A stretch of DNA of 64,000 nucleotides from Macrostomum lignano (Eukaryota): NCBI GenBank assembly GCA_002269645.1, contig NIVC01000591.1, forward strand, positions 558,001 through 622,000. The letters run 5' to 3'. Shown here in pieces: positions 55,487-64,000 of the stretch. The notes beneath the pieces were generated by a model, which searched no databases, was not told the origin of the DNA, and saw nothing but the letters and a program-made list of their open reading frames with translations. The number at the start of each line of letters is the position of its first letter. The stretch's first letter is position 1. A program made the position numbers and the translations under genes.

Positions 55487-55801
55487 TCAGTCGTCATCAT
55501 CATCCGGCACAAAGATGTCGTTCTCCTCCAGGAAGGCGGCGCCCTCGCGGCTCATGCCAGCGCCCAGCAGCAGAGAGGGCACAAGCAGCAGCATAGCCTT
55601 GACCAAGCCGAGCGGAGTCTGCAGCGGCTTGTCGTGCAGCGCCCCGGTGTCTCGGTAGGCCCCGCCAGAGCCGTCGTAGCAGCGAACAGGTGGAGGCGGC
55701 GGCGGCGATGCAGCAGAGGCGCGCGGCGCCCGACGCGCAGACGAGGCGGCCAGCACGGAGAAGCCGCGCCTGACTACTGACACCAGTAGAGTGGGGCGCA
55801 T
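55487..55801 (-). CDS. SMDT1: Essential MCU regulator (EMRE), mitochondrial, 104 aa
   Basis: Arg/Ser/Ala-rich targeting-like N-terminus (MRPTLLVSVVRRGFSVLAASSARR), G-A-x-x-x-K-P motif, one TM helix and acidic tail FLEENDIFVPDDDDD, the EMRE signature. Confidence 0.93.
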   Translation of the reverse strand: MRPTLLVSVVRRGFSVLAASSARRAPRASAASPPPPPPVRCYDGSGGAYRDTGALHDKPLQTPLGLVKAMLLLVPSLLLGAGMSREGAAFLEENDIFVPDDDDD

Positions 55802-56059
55802 CTGGTACAAAGTCTGTACGAAAATTTAAGCTAAAAAGCCCAGTCGAAAAGAATCGCTTTCTGTTGTTGAGTTTTAAGAGCGCATGCAATTGATGATTGA
55901 GAAATCTTTTGTCAAGGTTAAACACAAGTTTAAATACAGCCCATAACTGTAAAAGCTAAGCTGCTAGAATTTATTACAAACAATTATTACAAGTGTAGAT
56001 CTTTACAATTCTAAACAAAACTTCTTACTAGATCTTAATATATTATCATTGAACTTGAG

Positions 56060-56140
56060 CAGCAGCAGTAGCGGCAGTAGCAGTAGCAGTAATAGTAGCA
56101 GTAATAGTACCAGTAGTAGTAGTAGTAGTAGTAGTAGTGT

Positions 56141-56175
<35 letters not shown>

Positions 56176-56540
56176 TTAGTAGTAGTAGTAGCAGTAGTAG
56201 TAGTAGTAGTAGTTAGTAGTAGTAATAGTAGTAGCAGTAGTAGTAGTAGCAGTAGTAGTAATAGTAGTAGTAGTAGTAGTAATATTAGTAATAGTAGTAA
56301 TAGTAGTAGTAATAGTAGTAGCAGTAGTAGTAGTATTAATAGTAGTAGTAGTAGTAGTAATATTAGTAATAGTAGTAATAGTAGTAGTAATAGTAGTAGC
56401 AGTAGTAGTAGTATTAATAGTAGTAGTAGTAGTAGTCGTAGTAGTAGTAGTAGTAATAGTAGCAGTAGTGTTAAATTATTATGATTATTAGTAGAAGTAG
56501 TAGCAGTAGCAGTAGTAGTATCATATTATTAGCAGCAGCA
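56060..56540. repeat. (AGT)n degenerate microsatellite
   Basis: Directly visible. Confidence 0.95.
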
Positions 56541-57564
56541 GCAATACCACATCCCACAATAATAATAGTATTTACAAAGTAAAAGTGACTACCAAGAAGC
56601 CAGCCGAGTCTACTGAGCATTAATCTCTTTACAGTCACCAATTACCAAGCACTTCAGTCAAGTCTAAATGCATTGTAACAGCCATTTCAGTGCTTAGAAA
56701 ACTGAGCGACACCAATAGCCAACAGTAATTATTACGCAAGGAGAAATGGGGGCGCCCGACAGTCGCGACAACAACAATAAAGATTTGAAAAAAATATGAC
56801 CGGGAGGAAGATTGAGGCTAAACTGCGATGGAGAAGGGGGCGGAGACTGAGAGATCGCTGGGGGGGGGAGAAAATGGGGAAGTGCCAAATTAATGATGGT
56901 AGCAAAATAGAGCGAGGAGAGATGAAAAAGATGAGGCAGGAAAGTCAACAACAATAGAAGCTGGGCGCGCACCCATCTAGTAGATCGTAAATCTATTACC
57001 AGATGATTTATACTATATTGAGTATTGAGCGGCTGGCATAGCAGTGCTGAATGGATGGGTGTAGGGTGGGGGGGGGTACGGGTTACCCAAAACTGTTTCA
57101 CAAAAATGCACGCGCAGCATCACGCAACTGCCTAAGGATATAAGTACTATAGCAATAAAATGAGATTATTATTAGCTTAATAATAGGGCACAGTAAGGAT
57201 ATCAAGCACAGACTATAGATGCTATAAACTGTTACTGAACTCTTGAAACGGTCAATCAAAAGAGAAGCCCTTTTTTTCAGATTAGCCGGACAATATCTGA
57301 GTTGAATGAAAGGAAGCGAGCTGTCAGTCAGCCAGTCATAAAGAGCTCTCAGACTAATACTGTACGCCCAGTCTAATGAGAACGCTATTGATACTTCTCA
57401 TTTAAAACGGCAATTTTAAAGTCATAAAAAACTATTTAGCAAATAAGGGATTTTTGTTGTTCAGAAAATACTAAAAATTACACAAAATAATAAGATTCTA
57501 CTAAGTAAATATTATTTTGGTCTTTATTATTCGGTGTCAAAAATCTAGACTTTACTAAAAAACT

Positions 57565-58400
57565 TCAGGGAGAGGATGGCGGAGTCTATTGAAGACTTCA
57601 GGGAGAGGGTAGTGGAGTCTAGTGAAGACTTCAGGGAGAGGGTAGTGGAGTCTAGTGAAGACTTCAGAGAGAGGGTAGTGGAGTCTAGTGAAGACTTCAG
57701 GGAGAGGGTAGTGGGGTCTAGTGAAGACTTCAGGGACAGGGTAGGGGGTTCAGTGAAGACTTCAGGGAGAGGGTAGTGGAGTCTAGTGAAGACTTCAGGG
57801 AGAGGGTAGTGGAGTCTAGTGAAGACTTCAGGGAGAGGGTAGTGGGGTCTAGTGAAGACTTCAGGGACAGGGTAGGGGGTTCAGTGAAGACTTCAGGGAG
57901 AGGGTAGGGGGGTTCAGTGAAGACTTCAGAGAGAGGGTAGGGGGGTTCAGTGAAGACTTCAGAGAGAGGGTAGGGGGTTCAGTGAAGACTTCAGGGACAG
58001 GGTAGGGGGGTTCAGTGAAGACTTCAGGGAGAGGGTAGTGGGGTCTAGTGAAGACTTCAGAGAGAGGGTAGGGGGTTCAGTGAAGACTTCAGGGAGAGGG
58101 TAGGGGGGTTCAATGAAGACTTCAGGGAGAGGGTAGTGGGGTCTAGTGAAGACTTCAGAGAGAGGGTAGGGGGTTCAGTGAAGACTTCAGGGAGAGGGTA
58201 GGGGGGTTCAGTGAAGACTTCAGAGAGAGGGTAGGGGGTTCAGTGAAGACTTCAGGGACAGGGTAGGGGGGTTCAGTGAAGACTTCAGGGAGAGGGTAGG
58301 GGGGTTCAGTGAAGACTTCAGGGAGAGGGTAGGGGGGTTCAGTGAAGACTTCAGAGAGAGGGTAGCGGAGTTCACTTAAGACTTCAGGGAGAAGGTAAAA
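57565..58400. repeat. ~33-bp minisatellite (AGTGAAGACTTCAGGGAGAGGGTAGTGGAGTCT)n
   Basis: About 25 units between RPL41 and EMRE. Confidence 0.95.
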
Positions 58401-58691
58401 AATTGCTAATCTACCTGGAAAGAACAAATTAACCTACACTTGTTGACCAGTCGAACGCCAAAAAGAATAAGGCAAAGATCATGGAGTGACAGTACAGTCA
58501 TTACAGGTTTTTTATTTCATTATTATAACAATTATTTAACTAAATAAGTTGACATCAAAACGCCAACAAAACAGCAATTGCTTTCCTGCGCTCAACAGCT
58601 GCTCTCTGCACGTCAGCTTATCCTGTCAGTCATCGTTCACTGCACACTGAAACCATTGGCAGATAATAGGGGATAATTATCCCACAATCTT

Positions 58692-58769
58692 TCACTTGCT
58701 CCTTTCGCGCATCTTCCTGCGTTTGCGCTTCAGTCTGCGCATTCGCTTTTTCCTCCACTTGGCGCGCAT
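58692..58769 (-). CDS. RPL41: Ribosomal protein L41 (eL41/eS32), 25 aa; below the ORF-track cutoff
   Basis: Reverse strand reads MRAKWRKKRMRRLKRKRRKMRERSK*; AATAAA on the minus strand near 58511-58516. Confidence 0.96.
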   Translation of the reverse strand: MRAKWRKKRMRRLKRKRRKMRERSK

Positions 58770-58903
58770 CTCCTCTTAGATTGTGCTGTAGTCTTTTTTA
58801 CAAGTAGTGCTTCTCGCAACAGAACTGGAACGAAATTGTCAAGGATGTAGTTGGACTGTTGTATGAAACGAAACTTATAGACAAATTTTTTCTATGGTCA
58901 TAC

Positions 58904-58917
58904 GGTTGCTAAAAGAG
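58904..58917 (-). promoter_or_regulatory. Candidate TOP-type non-coding first exon of RPL41
   Basis: Minus strand CTCTTTTAGCAACC|GTATGA, 79-nt intron ending TTTCGTTCCAG| at 58825. Confidence 0.45.
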
Positions 58918-61900
58918 TGGGACACTTTTGACTGTTGCTGAGTCTATTTACAGTGTTAACGAGAACTTCTACTATAAGTTAAACTGAGTTTAGGCCTAGT
59001 AACTTAAACCATCAATTAAGCTAGTACTCGAACTATTATTTAGCAATTTATTAACTGTCTAGTTCGTGAAGACTTCTGTTTTACTCATAATGGGCAGAGA
59101 GGGGTAAGATTTAAGCAGAAAAGCTCACGGGGGACTGTCAAAGCATCAAAGAGTCAATGAGACTGCGTTTCTGAGTTTCGTATTACAGAGTCAAGTTTTA
59201 ACGCTAAGAAAAAGAATAGAAATTGCAGCGTTTGATGAAGAAGCGAGGATTATAAGACGAAACCCGTTCTATCTGAAGGCTTTTTAGACATTTTTGAAGC
59301 ACCATTTTCTCTAACGAAGGTAATCATTACCAGCGCGAAAATCACGAGAAGTTCGCCACTAAGGATGACTACTAAATACACTCGTAAAGTGCTAAATTTT
59401 TCTAAGCAAAGAAGGAAGTCGAAACGAAATATGATAAAACACGGTAGATCTATCATTCGAGCTCTCAATTTAAGTTCGAGCGTCAAGTGATCACAGATAG
59501 TGACACGATATGACGCAAGTAGCATTGTCTACTACGCAGAGATTCCCAGGCAAAATAGCCTAAAACTGCCGACATGCTTGCATTATACTTAAAGAAAGCT
59601 CAACTCAAAGCTTATCAAATTTATCTATCAACGAAATTTAATCGTGCAATCAGAATCCTAGCAGAATCCTGCTTTCATCGTATCTCAATAGGCACTGAAC
59701 AGCCGAGTGGAGACCTTGAGTCCCCTTTTAAAAAACAGATTTCGTCCGCCAGTTCAAACTTCCGGTTCTTCTATCGTAGCGAAACAAAATTTAGAGGAAC
59801 GACGACACACGACGAAAGAACATGCGTTTGAATAGACCTCTCTTAATTAAGTAGCCATCCTCTGAAGAGCGCCGGGGCTAAACAATCCGTGCTCAATAGA
59901 CCAGGTGGGCGCTTGCACGAAGTGCTTATTAAACCGGCTTCGATACAACGTTCAAAAATTGTTCAAGAGGAAGCTCTCACGAGGTTAGGCAGGCAGCATG
60001 CAAAAGCTAAAGGCAGCCAATTTTCTAGAAGGTTGGTGGAAACACTCCATGCGATGCACACACGCAACTGGGCCAGTTACTGGCACAACAGTTCTTTTTG
60101 TTTCAAGAAAATTTTTAGGAAGTCCAGTTGAATTGAAAACCAGAAGAGCATTCGTTAAAAGAGGGAAACCAGAAACTTGGCACACCGTAATCTGTGGTGA
60201 GAATCTGGAGCAGAGAATTAAAAAAAAACGGTTACTTGAATTTTATGGCATTTGATATCGACATGCAAGGATCAATGCCCAATAGTGAGAATGGTTTTAA
60301 ACAGTTATCAATTCATCACACGCAATGTTGAAAGCAAAACAGGGACATGTTCCATCCCGATCCGGTTGCTTTTCAGCCAGCAAAGTGGAGCGCAAACACA
60401 AGCGACTAGTTCAAGCGGTGGGTGCGGAAATTAAAAAAAATGAAGACCCACCCCTGAACAGCTGAAAGCAGTTCTGTACCAACCTTGTCAAGTAGAGTAG
60501 CGGGATTAAACAAATACGACCACCCTGCAGATTGGAAAGTCATTTAAAAAAAAAGGCAGCAAGCACTTCAGCCGGAATGAAACCGCTTAATCATGCTGTC
60601 CTACTGTGATATAGGCAATCGAATTTATCTGCTATTCAGCTTGGACACGAAACCGGAACACGACTTATGGTCGAGATTGCATACGAGGCAAGCAAACTTC
60701 ATGATTGATGATGACATTGCGTTTTGTCATTTTATCATTAGCAAAAGAGGAAAAGTTGGTGAAAATCTGGTGCCGCACTCTCTAACGGCACTCTATCGAT
60801 TATAATGAAGAGTAAAGCGAGTTAAATAGCAAAACAATAGAAGCTTGGTTAGCGAGTCTTCCCTTTTTCACTATTATTAGACCAATCTAAAAGAGGAACC
60901 AAGGTGCGGTGTAAAGGGCAATTTATTTTCTGCTTACTCTGTTTACTTTATCTGTAGAAAAGTGCCAACCAGCATTCTCAGTGCCTGTGCGGCCAGCTTC
61001 CCCAGAAATTGCGCGGCGCAGAGGTAGGTAAGGGTAAGGTAAGCATAGATAGAGCAGAATCTAAATCTCTGGCAGTGGTAGTCGAAAAAACTAAGGGAAA
61101 GAGAAAATTTGAGAGTACTCTTAACTTTGCGACTGAAAGATTTGCTCTATCTATCCCACTCGCTGGTTCTCTCTCCGGCGGCACGTTTGGACTGGCTTTG
61201 TGGCTGACAGGAGAACTGAACAGCTCTGATTGGAGGGCAGTGATAGTATAAGGCATGGTTCGCCCGCCTCAAGTTTGAAACAATTTTGAGGCCAAGGTTA
61301 GTACGATAGCGACTTTAGTACCCATTGAATATTGCAATACCAGAAGGAAGGAAAACAATCTTTTCAAACTCGTACAAGGAATTCGTCCACGGAATAAATT
61401 GCAGAAAATTTCCGTAAGTAGTACAACTATCTTCTGAGTCTTTTGCTAGGTTGTAAACTTTTAAGTTTCAGATAAAGAACTAGAGGAAAATAGAAACAAC
61501 TACACTACGAATGCCTATCTAGCTCGTACTTCAACAAGCGGTACTGAGACAACATGGCTTAACTACGCTCGTAATACAAGATAGATTGGAGAAAGAAGCT
61601 CGTTAAGGCCTAGCCTTAAGCAGACAAGTGGAATTAAGCTGACAAATTGCATTGCCACAAAAGCATTATAGGATATTAGACTAAATAAACTGATTTGTTT
61701 AGAAACAGTTCATAAATCTAGTCCCATCGGGATGGTGATAAAACTCAGAGAAAATGAATTTCTGCCTAAAGGAGCATTATTATGCGTGGAGCTAAACCAT
61801 TCTAAAAATTGATGCAAGTTTTGAAGCCCCTTCATAACTTCAGTCCATTTGATGCGCAATTAATTATCATCAAGTAGCTAAAGCTAAAACAAAAAAGCAA

Positions 61901-62422
61901 CTAAAAATCGAATCATACCATTAAAATAGCTGTGGCATATTTTAAGTAGCAAGAGTATAATATTAAAGGGTATGAAACAGTAGTAAAACATTCTTTTTTT
62001 GTAAAAAAAGTTCAGCAATTGCACGCCTAACCATCCTAATCTTAACCTACACTCTCATTGAACCCCGCAGCGACAGGATTCAAGTGAACAACAAATACAA
62101 CTCTGAAAGCCGGGCAGTGATAGGACGAAAAAAATTGCTTGAAAGCAGCCACTCGGCATATTCCCACAGTCGAGCAAACGACCAAACCAAGCACTGAACG
62201 GTGCTGTTACACCAGCGGTACAGTTTCTGCCTCGTCTCAATGCCACTATAGTCACTCGCATAAGCAATCCCAGAGTTGTATGCACTGCAATGCCTTCAGC
62301 AACAATTTTAGACTAATATATACGCGAGCAAGTGCGCGAGAAAGCTACTGTTTGCTTAGTAAACAAGTCTAGAATACGATCCAGCTGAGACTTTGCGCTT
62401 CTGACAAAAGAAACAAAGAAAC

Positions 62423-63550
62423 ATGACGCGACTCGATGCACAGATTGCTACACTGTCACTGCTATTGCAACTTCTGTTGCCACTTGGCGTACTATCTGCA
62501 AGCAGCCTGCGACCTAGTCCAGATGCTCAATGCATTTGCAACTTTACTCAGATGGATTCCGAACTCAAGGAGCTATACAGACCTGGACGGAACCACGCCG
62601 AGATGGTATTCAGCTTTGTGCACACATTAATATCATTGAACTTCAAGCTAACCGTTTATTTAAACGACTTCCGCGGCTGCATCAGATTCTGGCTAGATAG
62701 GACCGGCCAGTGCGAAGAGGAGTGCTCATGCAGTCGGGGCTTAGTCTGTTGCAGAGACAGCAGCCTCAACACCCTGGAGAGCAGCGCTCTGACATTGAAA
62801 GGTCAAGTGAAAAGTTCTTTCACAGCCTATTCGCACATTAAATTCCTTAACGATTATCAGAGCTCAACGTTTGATATAGTCAATGTTTTCTCTAGCGCCT
62901 TCTTTGAGTTTATTAATCTGCTCAAAGAGGACAATAGTAGAGCGCAGAGTGAAAGGCAACACTATCTAGCATTCTACAAGCGATTAGGCCAGAGTAAACC
63001 GCTGGAAACGATATTTGCGCAGACGATGCCAGTGCAGAACAGCAGCCAATCGATCGTACTTCGAATAGCCGAGCATTATCACTGCGACACAACAAAAGTT
63101 TTGCCATTCTATCTAAACGTCTATGGCGTTGTGCTGCAGTACCTATTCATGAGTGAACTGCACAACGAGCTGATGCAATCATCGAGTTCAGGTCAAAAGA
63201 AAATCGCCTACTTTAGTGAGGAGCAACAAGTGTGGAAGAACTATTTAAGATTAGCTGACAACATGACCAAGCACATTATATTCTGCAGCACAAAGGAGAT
63301 ACGCGCTATAAGATCGCAAGAGATCAAGGAGAAAGACATGGCAATGCGCAATGCGGCAATAGTATTCAGCAGCTTTCTGATTATTCTGATAATAATCATA
63401 GCCCTGATTGCGGTATTCGCTTGCAAGACCAACAGGCAATTGACTACAGCACCCGTGACTATCAGAGATGAACCAGTTACATCGTCTGACGAATTCGAAA
63501 ACCGCGATCTTCTATACAAGCGACACTACGAGTCAGATGAAACTGTTTAA
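62423..63550 (+). CDS. Intronless type I membrane protein (375 aa) of unknown family
   Basis: Single 1128-nt ORF; signal peptide (IATLSLLLQLLLPLGVLSA), Cys cluster, helical ectodomain, TM AAIVFSSFLIILIIIIALIAVFAC, short tail ending DETV*. Confidence 0.8.
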   Translation: MTRLDAQIATLSLLLQLLLPLGVLSASSLRPSPDAQCICNFTQMDSELKELYRPGRNHAEMVFSFVHTLISLNFKLTVYLNDFRGCIRFWLDRTGQCEEECSCSRGLVCCRDSSLNTLESSALTLKGQVKSSFTAYSHIKFLNDYQSSTFDIVNVFSSAFFEFINLLKEDNSRAQSERQHYLAFYKRLGQSKPLETIFAQTMPVQNSSQSIVLRIAEHYHCDTTKVLPFYLNVYGVVLQYLFMSELHNELMQSSSSGQKKIAYFSEEQQVWKNYLRLADNMTKHIIFCSTKEIRAIRSQEIKEKDMAMRNAAIVFSSFLIILIIIIALIAVFACKTNRQLTTAPVTIRDEPVTSSDEFENRDLLYKRHYESDETV

Positions 63551-64000
63551 ACTATATATACATGTTTCTATAATTATAAAAACGCACCCCCATTCCTATT
63601 ATGCATACTGTGTAATCTTCATTTGCACAATACTGTTTGCTGCACTCATTTGTAAACTAATTTACTGAGCAAAAACTTATTCATTATTTTTTGCTTAACG
63701 CGTTAAAACTTTGCGTGTATTTTACAAAAATATGATACTCTTGTTAAAATTAACGAAACAATGTACTACAGATACGACATTGAAAGTATTGAAATATAAA
63801 TAAACTCGTGTCTACTCGTATTATGAAACGCTTTCGCTAACTCAGCATCTTGTAAACAATTTTTGGACTTAAAGGCTACCTACAATTGATTTAGGGACTA
63901 AAAGTGAAATGTTCGACTAAATTTCTATTTTCATTGATTTTCGAAATAGCAGTTTTGCTTTAACTCTATTACTAACAGTAGCATAATGAAATAGGGCAAA

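Noticed and set aside
59000-62400. Short ORFs (60-90 aa) here and at 9188-9973 and 29163-29793
   Set aside because: No domain similarity, start/splice support or codon bias; treated as intergenic.

Overview
Eukaryotic (metazoan) genomic DNA with compact GC-rich exons and introns largely filled by unrelated mini- and microsatellites. This architecture resembles a free-living flatworm such as Macrostomum, but that is an inference, not an identification. Hand-spliced genes: (1) the 3' part of a secreted coiled-coil, laminin beta/gamma-like gene (2.4-5.8 kb, +); (2) a 601-aa type I membrane protein with a Cys-rich Ig-like domain, Thr-rich stalk and cytoplasmic coiled coil (13.5-16.6 kb, +); (3) a complete 8-exon DEG/ENaC channel, probably using a GC-AG intron (22.2-27.6 kb, +); (4) RPL23A with a 7-kb AT-rich intron (30.9-38.4 kb, +); (5) a universal stress protein (39.5-40.9 kb, -); (6) a ~1170-aa uncharacterised WD40-like protein (42.0-49.7 kb, -); (7) a low-complexity ORF below an RFX X-box (50.8-51.4 kb, -); (8) EMRE/SMDT1 (55.5-55.8 kb, -); (9) RPL41, too short for the ORF track (58.7 kb, -); (10) an intronless orphan type I membrane protein ending in a PDZ-type ETV motif (62.4-63.6 kb, +). 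Mobile DNA: two tRNA-derived CORE-like SINE copies and three hAT-type MITEs with 8-bp target-site duplications. About 28 tandem arrays are present, and most long ORFs in the track are artefacts of them. No clearly new biological system is proven. The best leads are a MITE whose internal repeat is expanding into a minisatellite with a core shared by several arrays, a minisatellite made of X-box-like sites, an array that multiplies a real splice donor, a microhomology-flanked 90-bp capture inside a satellite, a pre-miRNA-like hairpin, and two orphan receptor-like proteins.
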